Shown in pieces: positions 29,175-40,125 of a DNA stretch of 64,000 nucleotides. Under the pieces are notes generated by a model. The model was given only the letters and a program-made list of their open reading frames with translations, ran no database searches and was not told the DNA's origin. Origin of the DNA: Terriglobia bacterium. GTDB lineage: Bacteria > Acidobacteriota > Terriglobia > 20CM-2-55-15. The stretch spans positions 1 to 64,000 of the forward strand of contig CBDCLE010000003.1 in assembly GCA_965218585.1 (NCBI GenBank), given 5' to 3'. The translations under genes and the position numbers were made by a program. How positions within the stretch are numbered: position 1 is the stretch's first letter; every line of letters begins with the position of its first letter.

Positions 29175-30857
29175 CTACCGTCCGGAGCCGAGGTCGCGGT
29201 CCAGTACGACTACACCCGCCTCCTCTACATAGCGATCCCAGTCAGCCAGAAGCTCTTCGAGTTTCCGAGGATTCTCCTGGGACAAATCCCTCGTTTCGCC
29301 GGGGTCATCGTCAAGGTTAAAGAGCTGCCAGTGGCCCGGACCGTAGTCGGGCCACACCCAGACGATTTTCCATTCGCCCTTTTGCAGTGCATTGTTGCCG
29401 AACAATTCCCAGCCGACAGGCTCTGTCCGAGGATGTACCTGCTCGGCTTCGCCACCGAGATAGGGCAGCAGCGAAAGGCCCCTCATCGGCAGGACTTCCC
29501 GGTCCTTGTAGCTCGCTCCCGGATGCTCGATACCCGCAAGCTCAAGCAACGTAGGAGCAAAATCCATAATCGAGATCCACTCATCGCTTTGCCCATCCCG
29601 TATCGTGGACCCACCGTAAGTGATCGTTGCGGGAACGCGAAGACCGCCCTCGGTCGCAAACTCCTTGAAGAGGCGCAGCGGCGTCGCGCTCACCTGCCCC
29701 CACCCTTCTCCGGGCCAGATGTAGGAGCCCATTCGTCCCATGTTCTCCAGACGGTTGTCGTAAAGCGCCAGCACCCAGTAGATGCGGTCTCCTTCCCAGA
29801 GGTCATTGCCTGCCGGACCGTTGTCGGACATGAACACGATAAATGTGTTCTCGTACTCACCGATTTGCCTGAGATGTTCGACCAAACGGCCCACGTGATG
29901 ATCGAGGTTCTCGATCATGGCTGCATAAACTTCCATGCGCCGTGTCTCGACCTCTTTCCTCTGAGGGCTCAACGCGTCCCAGGCGGGGACCGTGGCCAGC
30001 CGCCCCAACGTCGTGGCTTGGGGTGGGAACAACCGCATCGCCTGAATACGTTCGAGCCGTCCGGCTCGAACCTGGTCCCATCCCGCGTCGTAACGTCCCC
30101 GGGCCCGTTCCAGCCACTCATCGGGTGCTTGCAATGGCCAGTGCGGAGCGGTATACGCCAGGTAGGCGAAAAAGGGATTTCCGTAATCGCGGTCGGCATC
30201 GATGTACTCGATGATCCGGTCTGTGTAGAACTCGCTCGAAAAGAACCCCTCCGGCAGCCTCTCAACCGGTTCGTCATTCTGGACATAGGTGGCCGGCGTC
30301 AGAGCCGGGGCCACACCTCTCTGGTCCTCAAAATGACTTGCCCCGCCGTCCAGGAGACTGAACGATCGCTCGAAACCTCTGCTCCGTGGCCGGCTGGCGT
30401 CACCATTTCCGAGGTGCCACTTGCCTGCCATATAGGTGTGGTAGCCGGAATCCCAAAGGAGTTCCCCGACAGCCACCACCCGCGAGCTCAGCTGTCCTTC
30501 ATAGCCGGGTCGCCCGGCCACTTCTCGTGCCTCTCTCAACTGAGGTCCGAAGCTGCCCAAACCCGCCAGGTGACTGTATGTTCCTGACAGCAGCATTGAT
30601 CGACTGGGCGCGCACGCCGGGCTCGCGTGAAAGTTGGTGAACTGCAGGCCTTCCCTCGCCAGGGCGTCAAGATTCGGTGTCCTGATCTCGCTGCCATAGA
30701 CACCGATGTCGGAGAACCCCAGATCGTCGGCCACGATCAGAAGAATGTTCGGTCGTTCGGCTATCTGCCGGGCGCGCGGCTGGGAGGAAAGCGCGAGAAA
30801 AACGCACAGTGCCAAGCAGGTCGATGTGCACAGTTTTACCGCCACGTACCCTTTCAT
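29175..30857 (-). CDS. Arylsulfatase (formylglycine-dependent)
   Basis: PNILLIVADDLG, CAPSR (CxPxR), GKWHLG, APHWPLQ, SDNG. Confidence 0.93.
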   Translation of the reverse strand: MKGYVAVKLCTSTCLALCVFLALSSQPRARQIAERPNILLIVADDLGFSDIGVYGSEIRTPNLDALAREGLQFTNFHASPACAPSRSMLLSGTYSHLAGLGSFGPQLREAREVAGRPGYEGQLSSRVVAVGELLWDSGYHTYMAGKWHLGNGDASRPRSRGFERSFSLLDGGASHFEDQRGVAPALTPATYVQNDEPVERLPEGFFSSEFYTDRIIEYIDADRDYGNPFFAYLAYTAPHWPLQAPDEWLERARGRYDAGWDQVRAGRLERIQAMRLFPPQATTLGRLATVPAWDALSPQRKEVETRRMEVYAAMIENLDHHVGRLVEHLRQIGEYENTFIVFMSDNGPAGNDLWEGDRIYWVLALYDNRLENMGRMGSYIWPGEGWGQVSATPLRLFKEFATEGGLRVPATITYGGSTIRDGQSDEWISIMDFAPTLLELAGIEHPGASYKDREVLPMRGLSLLPYLGGEAEQVHPRTEPVGWELFGNNALQKGEWKIVWVWPDYGPGHWQLFNLDDDPGETRDLSQENPRKLEELLADWDRYVEEAGVVVLDRDLGSGR

Positions 30858-30952
30858 CTGGCGACAATACCACTCGCTTCTGGTATCGTCGTCTAATTAT
30901 CGTTTCCTGAGCAATTATTGGCCTTAAAAGTTGAAGGGACAGGAGGAAAAGT

Positions 30953-31858
30953 ATGAACACTTGGCGAGTATCTAGACACCTTCTTTTTGTTGGAGTGCTC
31001 CTACTGTTAGTAACGGCCAATCAGGTCGCTTTCGGCCAGAGTACAGATGCAGAAATGGCTATGGAACGCGGCAAGGAAAGTGCCAGAGCGGCTTTGGAAG
31101 CAGCCGACACGAACGGCGACGGGAAGATTTCCCAGGATGAGGCGAGAGGCCCGGCGCGCTTGTTCACGCGGAATGACCGTGACGGTGACGGCTTCCTCAC
31201 TTTGGCCGATTTCGAGGCAGCTATGACACCGCCCGAGACCGCAGTCGCGAACTCCCTCGGTCCGAATCTGGACGACCGGGCCCTGTTGGAACGCCTCGAA
31301 GCAGGTGGCCTCGTCATCGTTTTTCGCCACGGGAAGACTCATCGGGAACAGACGGACGGCTTCGAACCCCGTGCCCTACCGAGCATGTCGCCCGCCGAAA
31401 GGCAGTCCGTGCTCCTCGATTGCTCAACCCAGCGGATACTCACCGACGAAGGTCGTGAGGAACTGGTAAGAGTCGGTACCACCATCCGCACGATAGGGTT
31501 CCTGGTCGGCGATCTCCATGCGAGCCCGATGTGCCGCACGCGTGAGACAGCGTGGCTGGCCTTCGGTCGAGTGACGCCCAACGACGCCCTGGTGATGGGA
31601 CAGGCCATCCAGGAACGTCGCAGAATGGCCGGCACCGTTCCCGCCAGGGGCGCAAACAACGTGATCATCACTCACAGCCAGATCGTCCGCAGCATCGTCT
31701 GGTATCCGGCGAACCCTGCGAATGCCGCTGCGATTGGTCTTCCCGAGGGTAATGCGTTCGTCGTCGAACCTCTGGGCGACAGCCGGTACAGATTCCTGGC
31801 CAATCTGGGACCGGAAGACTGGTACCGTCTGGCCCGGCAAGCCGAGGCCACGCGATAG
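30953..31858 (+). CDS. Secreted EF-hand + histidine-phosphatase-family protein
   Basis: DTNGDGKISQDE and DRDGDGFLTLAD loops; FRHG, LTDEG, SPMCRTRETA, ITH. Confidence 0.82.
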   Translation: MNTWRVSRHLLFVGVLLLLVTANQVAFGQSTDAEMAMERGKESARAALEAADTNGDGKISQDEARGPARLFTRNDRDGDGFLTLADFEAAMTPPETAVANSLGPNLDDRALLERLEAGGLVIVFRHGKTHREQTDGFEPRALPSMSPAERQSVLLDCSTQRILTDEGREELVRVGTTIRTIGFLVGDLHASPMCRTRETAWLAFGRVTPNDALVMGQAIQERRRMAGTVPARGANNVIITHSQIVRSIVWYPANPANAAAIGLPEGNAFVVEPLGDSRYRFLANLGPEDWYRLARQAEATR

Positions 31859-31933
31859 CCGGATCAATCTAGGAGTCAAATGGGACCGGTCTGGACTCTG
31901 AACATCGGGCTGCCTTTTCACAGGAGAAAAATC

Positions 31934-32839
31934 ATGAAAAGACTAATGACGATGGGGGCAATGGCGTTGCTCGGAATCGGTTTCTTTTCCCTCGCCGTTG
32001 CTGCCCAGGAATGGGGTGCCGAGCGCTCCATAAATCAATTGACCGAGCACGTGTATCGCTGGGGTGCCGACGGGCAGAATGGAATGTTCGTAGTTACATC
32101 AGAGGGGATCATTCTGGCAGATGGTCAGTACTGCGACAGGGGTCACGTCTCCTGGCTCAAATCAGAGCTCGAAAGCCGCTTTGGCGTGCCCGTCAAGTAT
32201 GTCGTCCTGAGCCACGACCATCAGAGCCACATTTGCGAAACTGGAATGTTTGCCGACACAGCGGTTGCGATTGGTCACAGAAACATCGTGCCGCATATCA
32301 TCAGGGAGGGCCGAAACGCCCTGGTACCTGAGATCACCTTCGAGGAGTCAATGGACATTGAGTTGGGCGGCGTGAAGGTGGTCTTGCTCTACCTTGGCCC
32401 GCTCCACAGCGACAACTTGATTCAGGTCCATGTGCCGGAGGAGGGCGTGTTGTTCGGGCCCGACTTTGCCCGGGGGACCAATATCTTTCCCGATTTTCGT
32501 GATATGGACGTCGACAATATGCTGAAGGCGCTCATTACTGCAGGCTACATGCCCGATGTAGAGATCGTTCTGCCAGGGCACGGCCAGCTCAAGACCCAGG
32601 AGAATTTCATCGTGTACCGGCGCTACCTCGAGGCTATCAGAGAGCGGGTGCTCGAGCACCTGGTGGCTGGCAGATCTCTCGAACAGATTCATTCGCTGGT
32701 CACGATGGAGGATTTCCGGGGGGAGTACAACATCACCGACCAGAGCCTGAGAAACAACGTCGACTCGATGTACGACTACTTGTATCGTTATCGGGAACCC
32801 AACAATCCGGGCGGGTTTCCCGTAAGGGCGGTCAACTAG
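31934..32839 (+). CDS. Secreted MBL-fold protein
   Basis: Signal peptide; variant motif SHDHQSH, LHSD, LPGHG. Confidence 0.82.
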   Translation: MKRLMTMGAMALLGIGFFSLAVAAQEWGAERSINQLTEHVYRWGADGQNGMFVVTSEGIILADGQYCDRGHVSWLKSELESRFGVPVKYVVLSHDHQSHICETGMFADTAVAIGHRNIVPHIIREGRNALVPEITFEESMDIELGGVKVVLLYLGPLHSDNLIQVHVPEEGVLFGPDFARGTNIFPDFRDMDVDNMLKALITAGYMPDVEIVLPGHGQLKTQENFIVYRRYLEAIRERVLEHLVAGRSLEQIHSLVTMEDFRGEYNITDQSLRNNVDSMYDYLYRYREPNNPGGFPVRAVN

Positions 32840-32844
32840 TAAAC

Positions 32845-34004
32845 GTGACGATGCCCGACAGTTTCAGGGACATACAGACGAAGGTCATCCGAAGCGGGGA
32901 ACCCAGCCCTCGGATCGGCGGCGCGATCACGATGCCGATCTTCCAAACAGCCATGTTTGAGTATGGCGGTGAGGCTGGATACGATGAGATTCCCTATATC
33001 CGGCTCAACAACATGCCGAACCAGCAGGTGGTTGCAGAGAAGATCGCTCGACTGGAGAACGCTGAAGCGGCCGTTGTGACGTCGAGCGGCATGGCCGCCA
33101 TTTCGACTGCCCTGCTTACGTTCCTTTCCGCAGGAGATCACCTGCTGGTCCAGGACAGCCTCTATGGAGGTACCCACTATCTAATTACGGAAGATTTTCC
33201 GTCCTTCGGCATCGATTTCGATTTCGTCGACGGATCCGATCCGAAGTCCTGGTCCGATAAGCTGCGGCCGAGTACACGAGCGATCTACCTGGAAACGATA
33301 TCCAATCCTTTGCTTCGCGTTCCCGATATCCGAGCCGCTGCAGAGTTTGCAAGCTCCAACGGGCTGGTGTCGATGATTGACAACACCTTCGCCAGCCCAG
33401 TCAACTTCCGTCCCTCCGAAGTGGGCGTCGACCTGTCGCTCCACAGCGCAACGAAATATCTGAATGGACACTCCGATATCGTCGCGGGAGTGTGCATCGG
33501 ACGCGCTGATCTGGTAAAACGGATCACCGTAGGCTCAATCATCTCGGCGGCTCACTTGATCCTCATGCCGCTTTCCTCTTGCACTGCGGCGTCAAGACAT
33601 TGGTGGTACGTGTGGAACGCCAGAACGCGACGGCTTTGAGCCTCGCGCGGCTGCTGGAAGGGCACTCCAAGGTTGCACGTGTCCATTACCCCGGACTGGA
33701 AACCCATCCAGGATATTCGATCGCGACCGATCTCTTTGAAGGATCGGGAGGCATGCTGAGCTTCGAACTGACAGGCGGAGCAAGTGCCGCAGAGCAATTC
33801 GTGGAAAGGGTCCAACTACCAATCAACGCAATCAGCCTGGGAGGGGTGGAGACGCTTATCACGCGACCTGCGATCACGACGCATTCTGCGATGACTGCCC
33901 AGGAGCGTCAACAGTTGGGTTTCCCCGACGGCCTGCTGCGGGTGTCCGTCGGCATCGAATCTGAGGCGGAACTAGTTGACGACTTCGAGCAAGCGCTCGG
34001 TTAG
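32845..34004 (+). pseudogene. Cys/Met-metabolism PLP enzyme (cystathionine gamma-synthase/lyase family), frameshift near 33527
   Basis: SSGMAAI, DNTFASP, HSATKYLNGHSD; second frame SLGGVETL, LLRVSVGIE. One missing C restores ITRRLNHLGG. Confidence 0.85.
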
Positions 34005-34114
34005 CGCTTTGAGCCCTGTTCTGAAATATTCGTCCCGGGGAGTACGGGAAATAGCTGCTGGTTCCCGGTTCCCCTGATTTACACGCTGCCAGTCAGCATG
34101 GGAGGAAACGCATC

Positions 34115-35155
34115 ATGAAAACAGTACTCATCATGAGAACGGTGTTCTTCGGTTTTGTCCTGTTCGGATTCCTCGGCTCGGCCAATGCCCATCACTCGTT
34201 TGGCTATCACTTCGATCCCGACAGGGTAGTGAGCTTTTCGGGGACTGTCAGAGAATTCAGGTTCATCAACCCGCACGCCCAGGTCGTCGTGGATGTGAGG
34301 GGTGCGAACGGCCAGATGGAAACGTGGAATTGTGAGTTCAGAGGCGCCAATGGCCTGGCCAGGACCGGGTGGAGAGCGGACACGTTCCAACCGGACCAGG
34401 CGGTCGAGATCACCGGCTTCGGTGCAAGACGAAACCCGAGACAATGCTATTTCGACTTCGCGCTCCTGGCGGACGGCACTCGTATCACTCACGACGACCC
34501 GATCGGGAGCGATCCGTTTTCCGACGGCGAAGCTGTTCGAGTTGCAACGAGAGAGGGTGATGTGCCGAATTTCGACGGAGTCTGGGGAAGACCGGCGGGT
34601 GGTGGCCGCGGCCCTGCGCCCGGAATGCCCAACCGGTTCGCACGTGTGCTGTCGGGGGCGGGCCAGCGAGCGCTCGAAGGGTATGACCCCATCGTCGACG
34701 ATCCGTCTATTCAGTGCAACCCGGTCAGTCTTATGCGTCTTTGGGGCACGGGCAACCCGACCCAAATCACCCAGGAAGGCGATGTGTTCACGATTCATCA
34801 CGAGTGGATGGACGCAGAGCGTCCGGTGTATATGGGGATGTCCGAGCATCCCGAAGGCATAGCCGATCGTGTCCTGGGACATTCGATCGGCCGGTACGAA
34901 GGTTCGACGCTCGTCATCGACACGGTGGCTTATGAGCCGGGCGTGCTGTTTCAGTTCCCGGGTCTTCCTCACAGCAACCAGTTGCATACGGTGGAGCGCT
35001 TAACTCTCGCCCAGGATGGCCGGACCTTCCAGGTCAGCTGGACCGCAGAGGATTCGGAATACTTCACTGAACAGATATCGGGCTCGTCGCGTCCCTTACA
35101 ACGCCTGAATACGTCCCTGCGACCTTACGACTGTACCCATCCGGAGGTCGATTAA
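34115..35155 (+). CDS. Module H + module C fusion
   Basis: ANA-HHS, FINPH; PNFDGVW, DDPSIQCNP, GHSIGRYEGSTLVIDT, PYDC. Confidence 0.82.
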   Translation: MKTVLIMRTVFFGFVLFGFLGSANAHHSFGYHFDPDRVVSFSGTVREFRFINPHAQVVVDVRGANGQMETWNCEFRGANGLARTGWRADTFQPDQAVEITGFGARRNPRQCYFDFALLADGTRITHDDPIGSDPFSDGEAVRVATREGDVPNFDGVWGRPAGGGRGPAPGMPNRFARVLSGAGQRALEGYDPIVDDPSIQCNPVSLMRLWGTGNPTQITQEGDVFTIHHEWMDAERPVYMGMSEHPEGIADRVLGHSIGRYEGSTLVIDTVAYEPGVLFQFPGLPHSNQLHTVERLTLAQDGRTFQVSWTAEDSEYFTEQISGSSRPLQRLNTSLRPYDCTHPEVD

Positions 35156-35176
35156 ACATCAGGAGGTTTTGGGTTC

Positions 35177-35608
35177 ATGCACAGCACTTTGACTCGTGGG
35201 TCAGCAATGGCCCTTGGTCTTATTTTGATGTCGGCATCCGCCCTCGCACATCATGGAGATGCCGGCCGCTATGAGGACACCCTGACCACGGTTTCGGGGA
35301 CCCTCCTGGAGCTTCAGCTCATCAATCCCCATTCATTCCTTTTGCTCGAGGTCACCGAACCCAACGGAAACATCGTCCGGTGGAAGGGAGAACTGGGCCG
35401 TCCTAACGCTTTGAGAAGCTGGTGCTGGGACGAGGATGTTATCAAAGCGGGAGATCGGCTCACTATCGTCGGCCGGCGTCGCAAGAACGGCCAACCGTAC
35501 GTGAGCCTCTCGGAAGAAGCCCGGGTGATCGATGCGAATGGAAAGGAGATCTTCCGCGGCAACGAACCGGGCCAACGCCGCGAACCCGGCCCATGCGCGG
35601 GGCAGTAG
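35177..35608 (+). CDS. Secreted His-His/NPH protein (module H)
   Basis: ALA-HHG, LINPH. Confidence 0.8.
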   Translation: MHSTLTRGSAMALGLILMSASALAHHGDAGRYEDTLTTVSGTLLELQLINPHSFLLLEVTEPNGNIVRWKGELGRPNALRSWCWDEDVIKAGDRLTIVGRRRKNGQPYVSLSEEARVIDANGKEIFRGNEPGQRREPGPCAGQ

Positions 35609-35640
35609 ACCCCAAGGTGCGACCCGGTGCCGCAGGGTTG

Positions 35641-37176
35641 ATGAGTAGGGGAAAAGTTTTGGCCGCCGCACTGCTTGTGGTGGCAGCCTACGCCGACGAG
35701 GGCGGAACCGAAGCAGGAACGTCCCTGGCGCAGACCTCCGCGCCCGCGTGGACCGAGGTGGGCTACATCAAAGCTTCGAGCCCGGGTGCGGGAGACGAAT
35801 TCGGATACGCGATTGCCCTCAGCGATGACGGCACGACGCTCGCCGTCGGCGCTCCGATGGATCCCAGTTCGGCCATCGGCGTCCATGAGGACGATCCCGA
35901 CCCGACCGATGACTCCGCTTACAGTTCGGGCGCCGTGTACGTTTACGGGCGCTCGGGCGACGGTTGGTCCGCCCAGGCCTTCATCAAAGCCTCCAACGCC
36001 GGCTCGAACGACCAGTTCGGTTCCGCCCTCGCCCTGAGTGCGGACGGCAACACGCTGGCCGTGTCCGCGGTCTTCGAGGACAGCAGCGCTACCGGTATCA
36101 ACGGGGATCAGGACGACAACTCACTGAACCAGTCTGGCGCCGTATACGTCTTTACGCGTGTGGGGACCACCTGGTCCGAGGACGCCTACGTTAAAGCCTC
36201 GAACACGGGTGAAACTGGAGAAGGAGACACGTTCGGCTACACGATCGCTCTGGGCGACAATGGCCGCACGCTCGCGGTGGGAGCCCCGGGTGAAGACAGT
36301 GCAGCCAGCGGAATCAATGGCAACGAGTCGGACAACTCGGCTATCGCCGCCGGGGCCGTGTACGTGTTTGGCCGACGTAGCGATGGGACGTGGTCGCAGC
36401 AGGCTTATATCAAGAGCTCTAACCCGGGTGAGTACGTTCTGTTCGGCTACTCAGTCGCACTCAACGGGGGCGGCGGCACTTTGGCCGCGGGGGCGTACGA
36501 CGAAGACGGAGGGAGAGGGGCGGTCTACATCTTTATGCGGAGTGGTGATCGGTGGTCCGAGCAGGCCCGCCTCGAGGCCTCGAACGCGGAGCGTGGAGAC
36601 GCGATGGGAGCGTGGGTTGCCATCAGCGATGACGGCAACAACGTGGCCGCAGGGTCAGCTGACGAAGACAGTTTTCTCACCGGAGTCAATCCAGGCGATC
36701 AGGGCGGCGGGGATCAGACGACGAATACCTCCGCCGGGGCCGCTTACGTGTTCGCCCATACGGGGAACAGGTGGTCGCAACAAGCTTTTGTCAAAGCCTC
36801 GAACGCCGGACATGAAGACTGGTTCGGTGTCCGCCTGGCCCTGAGCGGCGATGGCAACACGCTGGCTGTCGGTGCGCCCAACGAAGACAGCGTGGCTACT
36901 GGCCTCACCGGGAATCAGGACGACGACTCGGCACAGGAAGCCGGCGCGGTTTACGTCTATACGCGTAACGGTGGCGCCTGGGCCCATCAGGTTTACCTCA
37001 AGGGCTCAAACACGGAGCAATTCGACGAGTTCGGCAGTTCCCTCGCTCTCAACCGGGACGGCACGATGCTTGCGGTGGGAGCGCGATTCGAAGACAGTAC
37101 CGCTGGAGAGGTCAACCTCAACGAGCCCGACAACTCGGCTCCCGACTCCGGCGCAGCCTACATTTTCGTGCGGTAG
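35641..37176 (+). CDS. FG-GAP/integrin-alpha-like repeat protein (start uncertain)
   Basis: About seven repeats of KASN...FG..ALS.DG.TLAVGA..EDS...GAVYVF. Confidence 0.85.
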   Translation: MSRGKVLAAALLVVAAYADEGGTEAGTSLAQTSAPAWTEVGYIKASSPGAGDEFGYAIALSDDGTTLAVGAPMDPSSAIGVHEDDPDPTDDSAYSSGAVYVYGRSGDGWSAQAFIKASNAGSNDQFGSALALSADGNTLAVSAVFEDSSATGINGDQDDNSLNQSGAVYVFTRVGTTWSEDAYVKASNTGETGEGDTFGYTIALGDNGRTLAVGAPGEDSAASGINGNESDNSAIAAGAVYVFGRRSDGTWSQQAYIKSSNPGEYVLFGYSVALNGGGGTLAAGAYDEDGGRGAVYIFMRSGDRWSEQARLEASNAERGDAMGAWVAISDDGNNVAAGSADEDSFLTGVNPGDQGGGDQTTNTSAGAAYVFAHTGNRWSQQAFVKASNAGHEDWFGVRLALSGDGNTLAVGAPNEDSVATGLTGNQDDDSAQEAGAVYVYTRNGGAWAHQVYLKGSNTEQFDEFGSSLALNRDGTMLAVGARFEDSTAGEVNLNEPDNSAPDSGAAYIFVR

Positions 37177-37264
37177 CAACATTGGACAGTTCGCTCGTTC
37201 CCTCGCCGAGGGCGACGAACTGGAAAGGCAATAGGGTGGACTCTCTCCAAGATTGATCGATCTA

Positions 37265-38326
37265 TCAATCGGTCAGGAAGTGATACATTCCAAGAACGTT
37301 CAGGCCGACCCACCCGAAATCGGCCCAGTGACTGTACTCCTCCATCTTGATATTTCGCTGCATCTCCTCCAAAGACTGACCTGCGGCGATTCCAACCGCA
37401 ACCTGGTCTCGCAGCTTTTCCATGTATTCCCGCCACGCTCGGACGTCTTCCCGGGTACCGACCGGCCCGTGGCCTGTCGCAACGAAATCAAAGCCTGTGG
37501 CCAGCTGTTCCGCTTCTATGATCGCGGCCATCCACTCTTCGAACATCCCGAGTTCGTAGTCCATTTCCCTGTTCGGAACGCGCCCGAACGTGACGTAGTC
37601 GACAATAAACATCACATCGTCGTCGGGAAACGTGATCATGCTTGAATCCGTTGAGTGATTCATCTCGCCAACCCATGTCATGTTCACCCGTTTGCCGCCC
37701 AAGCTGATCTGAATCTTGTCTGTATAGGTGATGTCCGGGGTGCGGACGAAGCTCACGGGTCCGCGCCGAACCTCCGCGCCACTGAGCACGCCGTCTTCGT
37801 TCGCATCGAATCCGGCAAACTGACTTACATCCGAGCCAGGGAAGCGACGAAAATCCTCCCCCACCTCGCTCTCCTCGACGGTGCCGTTGCCGTTGGTATC
37901 CATCGCCGCCACGGGTGCATACTGTCCGACTACCTGGGACAAGGTGGTCAGAGCCGGTGGCATCGCCAGGTGCGACAGCATGTTGGTATGACCTACAAAC
38001 CGGGCGGTTTCTCCGAAGACCTCTCCACCAGAGGCGTGGTCCCAGTGGTAGTGGCTGTAGATTACGTATCTGACCGGGACCCCGAAGCGGCCGTCGAATT
38101 CCTGCTTCAGCCACGTCGCGAAATCAGTATTGATCGGGTCCGCAAGAATAATGCCCTCCTCGGTGACCAAAAAAACGGTGCCGTGGTTGTTGTTCATGGC
38201 CCTGTAGACGCCACCGGAAATGTGACTGATGGACCAATCCGGTGCCGATTGGCTAAGGCCCTCGGACCGAAGTACTACGGCCGCGACTAAGCTCAACAAA
38301 ACCATTTTTGTCGTGCTGCTACGCAT
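37265..38326 (-). CDS. Secreted MBL-fold protein with inserted EF-hand pair
   Basis: SHYHWDHASG; DTNGNGTVEESE, DANEDGVLSGAE; TGHG. Confidence 0.84.
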   Translation of the reverse strand: MRSSTTKMVLLSLVAAVVLRSEGLSQSAPDWSISHISGGVYRAMNNNHGTVFLVTEEGIILADPINTDFATWLKQEFDGRFGVPVRYVIYSHYHWDHASGGEVFGETARFVGHTNMLSHLAMPPALTTLSQVVGQYAPVAAMDTNGNGTVEESEVGEDFRRFPGSDVSQFAGFDANEDGVLSGAEVRRGPVSFVRTPDITYTDKIQISLGGKRVNMTWVGEMNHSTDSSMITFPDDDVMFIVDYVTFGRVPNREMDYELGMFEEWMAAIIEAEQLATGFDFVATGHGPVGTREDVRAWREYMEKLRDQVAVGIAAGQSLEEMQRNIKMEEYSHWADFGWVGLNVLGMYHFLTD

Positions 38327-38389
38327 CTGGGTCTCTTCACTGGTTAGCAAGACCGCGCTATGCGGCTCTTTCTACTTCGCTCGAACTCG

Positions 38390-39418
38390 TTAACCGGGGA
38401 CGGTACATTCGTAAGGCTCTACTTGTACATCAGGGAGCCACAGCCATTGCTTGTCCAGCACTACCGGCTCTGTAAAATTTGCCGCGTCTCGAATCGTCAT
38501 TGTCAAATCCAGGCGGCTGCCATCCGGGCTGGGAGTGAAGCGCTCCTCGATCTGGGCGGCCTCACTCTGCGGTATGCCGTCGTTGTGGCTGAAGTAAGGC
38601 CAACTGATCCCCGTTGTCGTTACAACCAGCGTCGGGCCCTCCCAGTGCCCGATGGAGTACCCCAAATCAGTGGGCGGGGGTTGGTCCCGGCCCGGTTCAG
38701 CGTCCAGGGGTATTCGGCGAACGATGTCGTATTCCTCCACGCGAAGCAAGATGACCTGATCCTGGGCGACAAACTCCATCGGATAGGGTTGCGACATGAT
38801 CGAGGGCATACCTTTCGGTGCGCAATCGAGAATCGGACTGTCGTCCACGGGATCGAACGCCTCGAGGGCAGCCCGTGCGGTGGCCGTTAAGGGATAACCC
38901 TCGTTCCAGAAACCATTTCCGCCGGATAACGAGGTGCTCCACACTCGGAAGATACCGCTCTCCGGATCCGACGTGTCGCCCACCTCGGCGAGCCAGGTTT
39001 CCGACGTCCCGATTGTTTCGCCTTCCCATCTCAGTGCCGATCCGGGACTCAACAACACTTCCTGCGTGTCCGGCAACAGCATATTTCGGGCAAATAGTTG
39101 GTTCCCCCGGCGCCTTGCCGGATTGCCGGCGATCCGGATCCTTTCGCCGACCCTGAGGACATCACGTGAGACATCCATCCGCCGTAGAATACTCACGGAG
39201 TTCGTTTCAATTCTCCAAAGTTCTGTCTCGCCGCTATCTGTTGTCACCGCGACTATGAAAAGCACGTGAGGGTTTTGCCAGCTGATCTGGGTGACTTCTC
39301 CTTCGACCTCGATGATGTTACTTACGTCGAAGTTTGCGCCAACGCTGTGGTGCGCATAGGTCGTACCAGGGATGCAAAGAAGTCCCCAAAGAAGTAAAGT
39401 GCCTGCTCTACGTATCAT
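38390..39418 (-). CDS. Module H + module C fusion
   Basis: TYA-HHS, WQNPH; CAPKGMP, GYSIGHWEGPTLVVTT, PYEC. Confidence 0.83.
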   Translation of the reverse strand: MIRRAGTLLLWGLLCIPGTTYAHHSVGANFDVSNIIEVEGEVTQISWQNPHVLFIVAVTTDSGETELWRIETNSVSILRRMDVSRDVLRVGERIRIAGNPARRRGNQLFARNMLLPDTQEVLLSPGSALRWEGETIGTSETWLAEVGDTSDPESGIFRVWSTSLSGGNGFWNEGYPLTATARAALEAFDPVDDSPILDCAPKGMPSIMSQPYPMEFVAQDQVILLRVEEYDIVRRIPLDAEPGRDQPPPTDLGYSIGHWEGPTLVVTTTGISWPYFSHNDGIPQSEAAQIEERFTPSPDGSRLDLTMTIRDAANFTEPVVLDKQWLWLPDVQVEPYECTVPG

Positions 39419-39581
39419 CAATCCCCCCTTTTTAAAGCCAGGACACACCTTGGACTAACCGACAACCGCTCCCAATTCTAAGAAGAAGGTTGGTCGCGAG
39501 GGCCACTGCCGACAGCCTTGCCCAAGCCCAGAACGAGATCGTCTTTTCCTGATCCATCCATACTGCACGAAGCCGCCGCCT

Positions 39582-39634
39582 ATTACGAGATGTTTGCGTA
39601 GGATGGGCAAGTCCGTCGGAAGATTGAGCTCCGG
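39582..39634 (-). promoter_or_regulatory. Promoter-like repeat, copy 1
   Basis: Minus strand TTGCCC-17 nt-CGTAAT; shares 29/31 and 15/16 nt blocks with 45411-45468. Confidence 0.5.
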
Positions 39635-40125
39635 GTCTTTTCGAACTTCCTGGTAAACGTAAGAGGATTGATCGTCGCCCTACTTTTTGATCAAAATCAG
39701 ACCTCTACTGGTAGGCCGTTGCGTGCCCACTCGGCGTAGGATCCATCATACAGACGGATATCGTAGCCGCAGTGCTGCAGGGCCAAGTAGCCCACAGATG
39801 CCCGTAATCCGGTTCGGCAATACCCTACGATCTTGTCTTCTCGTCTGATACCGGCAGCACTCAGCAGTTGCTCTACCTTCTCTTGCGGGGCAAGGACCTC
39901 TTGCTCTGCACCGACGAGGTCTTGCCACACAATATTTACTGCTTTGGGGATGTGGCCGGGTCTGTCGTCGGGGTCCAGCTTGCCGGAGTATTCGTCCTGG
40001 CTCCTAAAGTCGATGAGCTTTAACCCCGGCTCGGTCTGGACGTCGTCTAAAGTAGCCCTGATCTTCGGGTTCACGTTCGTCGTAAATTCTTGGACCGCAG
40101 ATGTGACAGGTTTGTAGAAAACCTC

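Noticed and set aside
28716-30587. 623-aa plus-strand ORF and other long shadow ORFs (6098-7171, 25557-26636, 49843-50880)
   Set aside because: They are antisense to well-supported genes and carry no motifs; such ORFs are expected in GC-rich DNA.
30953-31250. Lanmodulin-type lanthanide-binding EF-hands
   Set aside because: The loops lack the characteristic Pro at position 2.
35740-37170. Regular nucleotide repeats
   Set aside because: Explained by FG-GAP protein repeats.
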